From NCBI GenBank assembly GCA_950097015.1, contig CATNEN010000039.1, positions 14,260,001 through 14,324,000 of the forward strand: 64,000 bases of DNA. Reading direction: 5' to 3'. Positions 10,201 to 20,256 of this stretch are shown piece after piece. Made by a program: the position numbers and the translations under genes. This stretch comes from Macrostomum hystrix. Lineage: Eukaryota; Animalia; Platyhelminthes. A model generated the notes under the pieces. The model had not been told where the DNA came from and did not search any database. It saw nothing but the letters and a program-made list of their open reading frames with translations. How positions within the stretch are numbered: position 1 is the first letter of the stretch; each line of letters starts with the position of its first letter.

Positions 10201-13200
10201 GTTGTCTGGCTCCCCCTGCCAATATGTACTGTTATAGATTTAATATTGAAAAATAGAAAACATTTGACATTAACATAATACACTTGTAATACAAAAATGC
10301 AACTCACATAGAAACTAAAAATTAATAGATAAATAATGACAATATATGACTATAAAATAAATGACAACGTCACAGTAGCCCGTCTCGGTAATTGAACGTG
10401 TATGGTAGCCTGTCTCGGTAATTGAACATGTATGGTAGCCTGTCTCGGTAATTGAACATGTATGGTAGCCTGTCTCGGTAATTGAACATGTATGGTAGCC
10501 TGTCTCGGTAATTGAACGTGTATGGTAGCCTGTCTCGGTAATTGAACATGTATGGTAGCCTGTCTCGGTAATTGAACATGTATGGTAGCCTGTCTCGGTA
10601 ATTGAACGTGTATGGTAGCCTGTCTCGGTAATTGAACATGTATGGTAGCCTGTCTCGGTAATTGAACATGTATGGTAGCCCATCTTGGTAATTGAACACG
10701 TATGGTAGCCCATCTTGGTAATTGAACACGTATGGTAGCCCATCTTGGTAATTGAACATGTATGGTAGCCCATCTTGGTAATTGAACACGTATGGTAGCC
10801 CATCTTGGTAATTGAACACGTATGGTAGCCCATCTTGGTAATTGAACATGTATGGTAGCCCATCTTGGTAATTGAACATGTATGGTAGCCCATCTTGGTA
10901 ATTGAACATGTATGGTAGCCCATCTTGGTAATTGAACATGTATGGTAGCCCATCTTGGTAATTGAACACGTATGGTAGCCCATCTTGGTAATTGAACACA
11001 TATGGTAGCCCATCTTGGTAATTGAACATGTATGGTAGCCCATCTTGGTAATTGAACATGTATGGTAGCCCATCTTGGTAATTGAGCACATATGGTAGCC
11101 CATCTTGGTAATTGAACACGTATGGTAGCCCATCTTGGTAATTGAGCACATATGGTAGCCCGCCTCAATAATTGAACACTTGTGCTAATCTATCTTGTTG
11201 TTTAAACACATGGGTTAGCCTGTCTCGGTCCATCTTGGTAATTAAACGGACTGGACTGGCAGTCCTAAAATGGACTGTTTAACTCTTGATATCCCACAAT
11301 GTTAAATTCCTTTTGCAGGCTTCATTACTCTAATGGTAGCATTCACTTCACATGATCTGGTAGCATCTGTATTGCATGAGCAGTAATTCAGGCAACTGAA
11401 TGTAATTTTTTTGTCAATTAGGAGTCCCCAAGATTAGAGTTTAGTAGTTCCTTCTTAGTAAGATTCTCTGTATAAATCTGAGTATAATTCTTAGTTTGAT
11501 TCTTATAACAAGTCTGAGTATTAAGCTTTAAGTAAACTTAGTATTCGCCTCCTTTATAAAATAAATAACACAATGTATTCTTTTTACAAGGCACTCCTTT
11601 TATATCTGAACAAACTTCTTGATTCTGACTCCAAATATGCAAGCGGGTAAACATATGCCCGATAATATGAGAGCAAGTTTATGTTTGGTCTGTAGGTGTC
11701 GGCTATTTACAGCATTGAATTTTAGCTTATGTTAAAATTGTCTAATTTTCCAAAATATTGCATATACAGTAAGCATTAAACAGTGCATGTATACAGCATA
11801 TTGCTATCAGTAGGATGATAAGAAAAGAACGAATTGTTTATTTTTTAGTGCATTTTTAATTTTTGAAATTTTTATGGTAATTTTGTGCAAGAATATTTAT
11901 ATACAATATTCACAACATACAATATTTACACTACAACTACAAAACATGGTTGGTGAAACTAAGTTGGAGTATTTTGCCTAAGTTAGCCAAAAAGGAGAAA
12001 ATTACTGTAAAGTAAATCTAATCACTCTGTGAAATTTTCTTTAAAAAAAACAAATTATCACCAAAGTGCAAATTTCACATAATGTTTACAACAAGGAACA
12101 CTAGCTAGTAGTAGAAGGATAGGAAACTGCTTCTTATTAAAAATGTTAAGGCTTGTCTTTGCAAAAAATACACATTTTGCAAATGCCTAATGAGAGTCAG
12201 GTTCTTTAAAAAATATGCAACTCTTTCATTATAAATGATTTCCATTACCTACTTCACATTCTCTACTTCCAATTTTTACTTCATATTTTCTACTTTCCCT
12301 TCCCTACTTCCCATTTTTTACTTACCTCTAGCATGAAGTCGCACATGTCCCTAGTATCAAACTTTCAAGCTTGACATATATTTGATTTGACATCAAATTT
12401 GAATGAGCATCATGCAAATACTCTAAACCCTAATTTAAGCTTTTCTTATTTAGAGGGTTACATTTGTTAAATAAATTGGTCATAATTTTTTTAGATGCAA
12501 CAGACACAGAAATCAGAGCGGCCTATAAAAGCCTGGCCCGTCAGCTTCATCCAGATAAAGTTGATCAATCAAATAGAGAAGAAGCCTTAAATGTAAGTCT
12601 ATTGGCACTTAAAATCATAAAATTACAATAACAACAAAGTCATATTTAATTACACTTCTTACATGCATCTTTACAAATCAAATATTTTTACAGAAATTTC
12701 AGGGGATGACTTTGGCATATAAAACTTTGACTGGGACTGAATCTGATATTGCCAGTCTAGCAGAGAAATTCAAAGATCCATTATATTTGGGTTACTTATT
12801 CAGTGCACTGGTTCAAGATAGTAAGTAATATTTGCCTATAACTTGTACGTTTTGCTTTTCACAATTCTGATATTCAATCCTTTTCAACGGTAACTATACA
12901 TGAATATATATTACTGCAACTGACTTTAGATAAAGTTAACGATATAAGTGAAAGCTCATCTGATGACGATAACAACTACGAAAATGATGGCAATTATGGT
13001 AAGATTAAATTTTAATAAGCTTAGTTTAATTTTGTTTGGCACCAAAGTCATATAGACGGGTTAATGGCTAGCTAATATTACATGCTTTGAACAATTGGCT
13101 AGCTAATATTACATGCTTTGAACAATTAGCTAGCTAATATTACATGCTTGGAACAATTGGCTAGCTAATATTACATGCTTTGAACAATTAGCTAGCTAAT

Positions 13201-16200
13201 ATTACATGCTTGGAACAATTGGCTAGCTAATATTACATGCTTGGAACAATTGGCTAGCTAATATTACATGCTTTGAACAATTGGCTAGCTAATATTACAT
13301 GCTTTGAACAATTAGCTAGCTAATATTACATGCTTTGAACAATTAGCTAGCTAATATTACATGCTTTGAACAATTAGCTAGCTAATATTACATGCTTGGA
13401 ACAATTTTCTAGCTAATATTACATGCTTGGAACAATTGGCTAGCTAATATTACATGCTTTGAACAATTGGCAAGCTAATATTACATGCTTTGAACAATTG
13501 GATAGCTAATATTACATGCTGGAGGTAATTGGCTAGCTAATATTACAGGCTGAGGGTAATAGGCTAGTTAATATTACAGGCTGGGGGTAATAGGCTAGCT
13601 AATATTACAGGCTGAGGGTAATAGGCTGGCTAATATTACAGGCTGGAGGTTTTAGGCTAGCTAATATTACAGGCTGGAGGTAATAGGCTAGCTAATATTA
13701 CAGGCTGGAGGTAATAGGCTAGCTAATATTACAGGCTGGAGGTAATAGGCTAGCTAATATTACAGGCTGGAGGTAATAGGCTAGCTAATATTACAGGCTG
13801 GAGGTAATAGGCTAGCTAATATTACAAGCTGGGGGTAATAGGCTAGCTAATATTACAGGCTGAGGGTAATAGGCTAGCTAATATTACAGGCTGAGGGTAA
13901 TAGGCTAGCTAATATTACAGGCTGGAGGTAATAGGCTGGCTAATATTACAGGCTGGAGGTAATAGGCTGGCTAATATTACAGGCTGGAGGTTTTAGGCTA
14001 GCTAATATTACAGGCTGGAGGTAATAGGCTAGCTAATATTACAGGCTGGAGGTAATAGGCTGGCTAATATTACAGGCTGGAGGTAATAGGCTAGTTAATA
14101 TTACAGGCTGGAGGTAATAGGCTAGCTAATATTACAGGCTGGAGGTAATAGGCTGGCTAATATTACAGGCTGGAGGTTTTAGGCTAGCTAATATTACAGG
14201 CTGGAGGTAATAGGCTAGCTAATATTACAGGCTGGAGGTTTTAGGCTAGCTAATATTACAGGCTGGAGGTAATAGGCTGGCTAATATTACAGGCTGGGGG
14301 AAATTGGCTAGCTAATATTACAGGCTGGAGGTAATAGGCTGGCTAATATTACAGGCTGGAGGTTTTAGGCTAGCTAATATTACAGGCTGGAGGTAATAGG
14401 CTAGCTAATATTACAAGCTGGGGGAAATTGGCTAGAGAGGTTCAGCAATGAGTTGAAAAGGCAATCAATCATTTTCTAGTGCTGATGTTTCTAAACATTG
14501 CAGAGCCTGTAAAAGAGAATGGTCACGCTAAGCAGGTCAGCAGCAGCAACAATCGGTTTGGTCTGCTAATAGGTCGGCAGACCAACGCAATAACCAGTTC
14601 TCAGGCGTCTGGCTTGAGAAAATCGACTATCGAGGTTTGTGATGAGCATTTGAATGTTTGAATCTTGAATATTTCTATAACTGCCCATAATCATATGTTT
14701 CCTGCTCTTTAACTGTCTACTCAGCATGTGAGTGAGTCAGCTAACGAACTCGTGACCGCCGAGGAGCTGCTAAGGCAGAGAGAGAACAATCAGGGCGACG
14801 AAAAAAAGCGCAAAAAGAAAGAGAAAAAGATGCGCAAAAAGCTTTTGGAAGTGCACACCGCTAAATCCTCATTGTCTGGGCATCGCCATGGCAACGGCTA
14901 CAATGGCAACGGTGCCTCCAGTTCAGTCGAATCCGATAACCATAGCGACCGAAGTGAAACAACAGCTTTTATGGAAGAGGTAGGCTTTTTGCTGTTAAGG
15001 AGCTTGCGGATTTGGGGGGGTCGGGGGTTCGATTCTTGGTTCCACTGAAACAATTTGAGTCCTTCAGCTCACCCAGCTGTTAATAGTTCAAAAGTAAAAA
15101 AATTTAATAGCGCCTGCCCCAATCGGGACACACGTGCAGTCGACAGCACAGCCGCAGCTATTGCATCTATTGCATCTGAAGGCTGCTTACGACTGTTCAG
15201 TCCATGGACTGGGAGGGGACGCCACGCTCACCTTAAATTACTCCAGCTAGTGCTGTTAACCAATTAACAGCTGGGTCAGTCCTGCTAATGGACACACATT
15301 GTTTCAGTGGAGTTGGAAATCGAACCCCCGACCTTCTCGTCGTGAGTCCGACTCTCTAACGACTCTCTTAGAACTCTTTAGCTGCGGCTGTGACACTGAC
15401 TACTGTACATCTGGCCCAACTATAGGTTCGGTGCTTTGGTACTGATAAACTATTTATAATAGCATTCCTACCCCTTTCAGGAAACAAACGATCTAACCAG
15501 TGGTTTCCTTACTTCTCATCTGAAATCGGGTTTCCTGATTGGACAAGATCAGCATCAGCTGTACCGACCGCAGCAACAAGAACCTGACGCCAATCAGTCT
15601 GATCCTTCATCTATGACTCCATATACGCAGCCGATAATGCAGCAGCTGCAATATCTAGAATCTCGAGAGCCTCCAAAACCAAAGCCTCGTCCGCGACATA
15701 ATTTTATGCAGCAGCAGCAGCAGCAGCAGCCGGCAGTTGCTTCGGCGGAATCTAAGGCTGCAGCTCGGGAATTAGCCAAAGCTGCCAACTCTTTTGTGGA
15801 AAAACAGAAATTGGAGAATGCGCTAGAACTGTACGGCCGAGCTATCGGCTTGGACCCTGGCGACTGTCGGTATTATGGCAGCCGGGCGGCATGTCTGTAC
15901 CAATTAAATAGATTCCAGGTCAGTGCACTATTGCTTTTTAAAGTTCAATTAACTAAGGTTTTTAGCGAACTGCTTTTACACAACCAACTCGTACGGATCA
16001 GAGTAAATCTAAAGACTTTAGAGCATTTTTATATTAAAAAATACCTTTAGGCATAATCAGATTCTACAAAGACTTCTAGAGAATTTTCATATGCTGCAAA
16101 GAACTGTAGCAAATTCTCTGATTCAACAAAGACCTTTAGCGAATTCTCTGATTCAACAAAGACCTGTAGGGCATTCTCAGATTCCACAAAGACCTGTAGG

Positions 16201-17701
16201 GCATTCATAGATTCCAAAAAGACCTGTAGGGCATTCTCAGATTCCACAAAGACCTCTATGGCATTCTTAGATTCTACAAAGACCTCCAGGAATTCTCTGA
16301 TTCGACAAAGACCTCTAGCATTTTTATATTAAAAAATACCTTTAGGCATAATCAGATTCTACAAAGACTTCTAGAGAATTTTCATATGCTGCAAAGAACT
16401 GTAGCAAATTCTCTGATTCAACAAAGACCTTTAGCGAATTCTCTGATTCAACAAAGACCTGTAGGGCATTCTCAGATTCCACAAAGACCTGTAGGGCATT
16501 CATAGATTCCAAAAAGACCTGTAGGGCATTCTCAGATTCCACAAAGACCTCTATGGCATTCTTAGATTCTACAAAGACCTCCAGGAATTCTCTGATTCGA
16601 CAAAGACCTCTAGGGCATTCATAAGAAAGTAAAATAAAATTTTCCGCACTCCATCTGATCGCTATTGCGCAACAGGAGTGTCTTCGGGACGCTGACACAG
16701 CGGTCCGTCTAAATCCAGTCTACCCTCGCGGCTTGTACATTCGTGGCTTGGCACAGCTGCGCCTCGATCTGCCTGCTGAAGCCTGCATCAGCTTCTCCCG
16801 CCTGCTGGTTGTCGATCCGAACAGCGTAGACGCCACCGCCCAGCTCAATGTCGCTAAACGGGCCCAACTGGAATCTATGGGTTTCCGTTCCGATCTGTGC
16901 GTTGAAGCTCTGAAAAGATTCAATGGCAGTGTGGAACAGGCGGCAGACTGGTTGATGACGCTGGCCACTGCCGCTTCGCCGCATCCGCTTGCTCCCGCAC
17001 ACGCACCATCGGCACTGGAAACCCCTAGCTATACACAAGCAGCCCAGGCCCCCGCCCACGCACTGGAGATGCAGAAGGCTGTTAGCTATACACAAGCTGT
17101 CCAGGCCCCCGCCCACGCACTGGAGATGCAAAAGGCTGTTAGCTATACACAAGCTGTCCAGGCCCCCGCCCACGCACTGGAGATGCAGAAGGCTGTTAGC
17201 TATACACAAGCTGTCCAGACCCCCGCCCACGCACTGGAGATGCAGAAGGCTGTTAGCTATACACAAGCTGTCCAGGCCCCCGCCCACAAGCAAACAATTG
17301 CCGCAGCTTCTTACGCTCGGGCTATTGGTCCGACGGCAAAGCAGCACCAAAAGCAGCATCAGCAGAAGCCAGCTGCTAGTCAAGATGAGCAGCAGAAAAA
17401 ACAGCAAGTCGAAGATCAGCAGCAGCAGCAGGAGCAGCAAGAGCCACCTGCCAGCACAGCTCTATGGGTTGGCAACGTGATGCCAGACGTCACAGACGAG
17501 CAACTGTGCGCTGCCTTCTCGCGCCACGGCTCCGTTGTCTCTGCCCGTCTGTTGCGCCAGTCCTGCTGCGCCTTCGTGAACATGCGCAGCCTAGAGGACT
17601 CGCGGCGCGCGCTGGCTGGCCTGAATGGCCAGCTGGTTGGATCGCGCAGGCTGCTAGTGAAGTACAGCGGCAAGGCGCCACCATCCGGTCAGAGGCCTTA
17701 A
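4240..17701 (+). CDS. TTC31: J-domain + TPR + UBA + RRM protein, TTC31-like (~730 aa)
   Basis: Exons 4240-4288, 12495-12592, 12694-12820, 12930-12998, 14504-14634, 14725-14979, 15481-15918, 16676-17701; all GT-AG and phase-consistent (2193 nt). J domain: MSMSKLEAYKALKLTQDATDTEIRAAYKSLARQLHPDK..KFQGMTLAY. Basic KKRKKKEKKMRKK segment. TPRs: ALELYGRAIGLDPGDCRYYGSRA, DADTAVRLNP. UBA: LESMGFRSDLCVEALKRFNGSVEQAADWL. RRM: LWVGNV..CAFVNM. The domains are solid; the symbol is by architecture only. Confidence 0.85.
4970..9185. mobile_element. Foldback/Mutator-like non-autonomous DNA transposon with ~1.2-kb TIRs
   Basis: Arms 4970-6252 and 8018-9185 are near-identical reverse complements. An exact 9-bp TSD AAACTTTAA lies at 4961-4969 and 9186-9194. 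The outer TIR domain is built of palindromic GACACGGCNGCCGTGTC subrepeats, with one extra 115-bp unit in the left arm. Confidence 0.92.
6535..6910 (-). mobile_element. tRNA-derived SINE family B with (TCTA)n tail, inside the foldback
   Basis: Minus strand shows a B-box-like ggttcgattctcg and a CORE-like gtgtcattgagcaagacactt...cagctataagtgggtacc. The 3' part is shared with 15135-15270. A (TAGA)n microsatellite lies at 6535-6602. Confidence 0.7.
9676..9948. mobile_element. hAT MITE family C, copy with a damaged left end
   Basis: Reverse complement of 42881-43110 (gccaagcaaggtaagtcgcaaaaaccaattgacc...ggaggttgcgcatgtatg). Confidence 0.75.
10374..11180. repeat. 30-bp minisatellite (tatggtagcccatcttggtaattgaacatg)n, two sequence subdomains
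   Basis: Direct tandem repeat; the tgtctc variant switches to catctt at ~10681. Confidence 0.97.
13064..14434. repeat. 31-bp minisatellite (ggctagctaatattaca...)n in intron 4 of the TTC31-like gene
   Basis: Period 31 (13066, 13097). The unit tail changes from tgctttgaacaatt to ggctggaggtaata at ~13520. Confidence 0.97.
14990..15420. mobile_element. Two SINE family B copies nested in opposite orientation
   Basis: Plus-strand head with ggttcgattc (~15026) and tail ctgtacatctggccc (~15403). A minus-strand copy at 15135-15372 carries aatcgaacccccgacc. Confidence 0.65.
15990..16620. repeat. 30-bp degenerate minisatellite with a 295-bp higher-order duplication
   Basis: Unit ~attctcagattccacaaagacctgtagggc. 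The block starting at 16022 is repeated at 16317. Confidence 0.9.
17027..17290 (+). repeat. 57-bp coding minisatellite encoding (SYTQAVQAPAHALEMQKAV) x ~4.5
   Basis: Period 57 (17027, 17084, 17141), in frame between the UBA and RRM domains. Confidence 0.92.
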
Positions 17702-17872
17702 TGAGGAAAATATGAAATGCCGCTGCTTCAGAGTTGTGAACTGCTTGAATTGTGCTTTTTTGTTTTTTTTTCTGCTTCGGCCAGGAAGTTTGGATTCGTT
17801 TTAGGTCAGGATTTCAGTTTTATTTCGGTTTTTAATTTAGTTATAGATATCAGTGTTTTGAGTGTAGCTTCT

Positions 17873-19509
17873 GGTGGGGATTTCTGCATAGTTTGGTATT
17901 AGTTGAGGTGGGGATTTCTGCATAGTTTGGTATTAGTTGAGGTGGGGATTTCTGAATAGTTTGGTATTAGTTGAGGTGGGGATTTCTGTATAGTTTGGTA
18001 TTAGTTGAGGTGGGGATTTCTGCATAGTTTGGTATTAGTTGAGGTGGGGATTTCTGTATAGTTTGGTATTAGTTGAGGTGGGGATTTCTGCATAGTTTGG
18101 TATTAGTTGAGGTGGGGATTTCTGTATAGTTTGGTATTAGTTGAGGTGGGGATTTCTGCATAGTTTGGTATTAGTTGAGGTGGGGATTTCTGTATAGTTT
18201 GGTATTAGTTGAGGTGGGGATTTCTGTATAGTTTGGTATTAGTTGAGGTGGGGATTTCTGTATAGTTTGGTATTAGTTGAGGTGGGGATTTCTGTATAGT
18301 TTGGTATCAGTTGAGGTGGGGATTTCTGTATAGTTTGGTATCAGTTGAGGTGGGGATTTCTGTATAGTTTGGTATCAGTTGAGGTGGGGATTTCTGCATA
18401 GTTTGGTATTAGTTGAGGTGGGGATTTCTGTATAGTTTGGTATTAGTTGAGGTGGGGATTTCTGTATAGTTTGGTATTAGTTGAGGTGGGGATTTCTGTA
18501 TAGTTTGGTATTAGTTGAGGTGGGGATTTCTGTATAGTTTGGTATTAGTTGAGGTGGGGATTTCTGTATAGTTTGGTATTAGTTGAGGTGGGGATTTCTG
18601 CATAGTTTGGTATTAGTTGAGGTGGGGATTTCTGTATAGTTTGGTATTAGTTGAGGTGGGGATTTCTGCATAGTTTGGTATTAGTTGAGGTGGGGATTTC
18701 TGTATAGTTTGGTATTAGTTGAGGTGGGGATTTCTGTATAGTTTGGTATTAGTTGAGGTGGGGATTTCTGTATAGTTTGGTATTAGTTGAGGTGGGGATT
18801 TCTGTATAGTTTGGTATCAGTTGAGGTGGGGATTTCTGTATAGTTTGGTATCAGTTGAGGTGGGGATTTCTGTATAGTTTGGTATCAGTTGAGGTGGGGA
18901 TTTCTGCATAGTTTGGTATTAGTTGAGGTGGGGATTTCTGTATAGTTTGGTATTAGTTGAGGTGGGGATTTCTGCATAGTTTGGTATTAGTTGAGGTGGG
19001 GATTTCTGTATAGTTTGGTATTAGTTGAGGTGGGGATTTCTGTATAGTTTGGTATTAGTTGAGGTGGGGATTTCTGTATAGTTTGGTATTAGTTGAGGTG
19101 GGGATTTCTGTATAGTTTGGTATCAGTTGAGGTGGGGATTTCTGTATAGTTTGGTATCAGTTGAGGTGGGGATTTCTGTATAGTTTGGTATCAGTTGAGG
19201 TGGGGATTTCTGCATAGTTTGGTATTAGTTGAGGTGGGGATTTCTGTATAGTTTGGTATTAGTTGAGGTGGGGATTTCTGTATAGTTTGGTATTAGTTGA
19301 GGTGGGGATTTCTGTATAGTTTGGTATTAGTTGAGGTGGGGATTTCTGTATAGTTTGGTATTAGTTGAGGTGGGGATTTCTGTATAGTTTGGTATTAGTT
19401 GAGGTGGGGATTTCTGAATAGTTTGGTATTAGTTGAGGTGGGGATTTCTGCATAGTTTGGTATTAGTTGAGGTGGGGATTTCTGAATAGTTTGGTATTAG
19501 TTGAGGTGG
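17873..19509. repeat. 34-bp minisatellite (ggtggggatttctgtatagtttggtattagttga)n, ~48 units
   Basis: Period 34 (17873, 17907, 17941); starts ~170 bp after the TTC31-like stop codon. Confidence 0.97.
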
Positions 19510-19841
19510 TATTCTTGTTTGATCGGTGCTGGGAAATTCTTGTTTTTCGTCAAACGAGCCAGGGCTGTTAGTTTTGACTTCTTATCGCTTGTTGTAAGGT
19601 TTAAAATCATTATTCCTTTTGACTTGTTATTCTTTGAAGTTGCCTATTGCGATTACTATATGAACCCACGTCTTCATTTCATTGTCAGGGACATTTTCCT
19701 CGCAGAAAAAAAACAAACTAGACTTATTTTTTTATTTTTTAAAGCTCTACCTAAAGTCATTAATGATCGTTAAATACCAGGAGTTCGGTATTAAATTCAT
19801 CTACTTCAATAAGCGTTCTTTTCTTCCGTTTTTAATCAGTT

Positions 19842-20256
19842 TAAGCGTCGCATGCTGTCAGTCAGGAGTGAGGTGGGTGTAAGCGTCATGCTGCCAGTCA
19901 GGAGTGAGGTGGGTGTAAGCGTCAAGCTGCCAGTCAGGAGTGAGGTGGGTGTAAGCGTCATGCTCCCAGTCAGGAGTGAGGTGGGTGTAAGCGTCAGGCC
20001 GTCAGTCAGGAGTGAGGTGGGTGTAAGCGTCAGGCCGTCAGTCAGGAGTGAAATAGGTGTAAGCGTCATGCTGCCAGTCAGGAGTGAGGTGGGTGTAAGC
20101 GTCAGGCCGTCAGTCAGGAGTGAGGTGGGTGTAAGCGTCAGGCCGTCAGTCAGGAGTGAGGTGGGTTTAAGCGTCATGCTCCCAGTCAGGAGTGAGGTGG
20201 GTTTAAGCGTCATGCTCCCAGTCAGGAGTGAGGTGGGTTTAAGCGTCATGCTGTCA
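19842..20256. repeat. 36-bp minisatellite (gtcaggagtgaggtgggtgtaagcgtcatgctgcca)n
   Basis: Direct tandem repeat, about 11 units. Confidence 0.95.

Larger units (their letters stand above)
9347..11247. mobile_element. Second TIR element with modular arms; right-arm subrepeats expanded into a 30-bp minisatellite
   Basis: gtttaattaccaaga (9347) pairs with tcttggtaattaaac (11233-11247), and ctaacccatgtgtttaaaca (~9447) with tgtttaaacacatgggttag (~11199). About 3 inverted units of the 30-mer at 9490-9580 face about 27 units at 10374-11180. No clear TSD. Confidence 0.65.

Noticed and set aside
10315-11168. Long repetitive ORFs (also 1773-2656, 19836-20286, 24231-25456, 35263-37606, 38266-38914, 39773-40136, 41450-42262, 50696-50935, 51850-52806, 54719-55802)
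   Set aside because: They are stop-free readings of minisatellites, often open in several frames or on both strands, and lie in introns or spacers of well-defined genes.
16709-17440. Antisense and alternate-frame ORFs over real exons (also 22709-23188, 26404-26895, 56679-57420)
   Set aside because: Shadows of GC-rich coding sequence with no independent domain signal.
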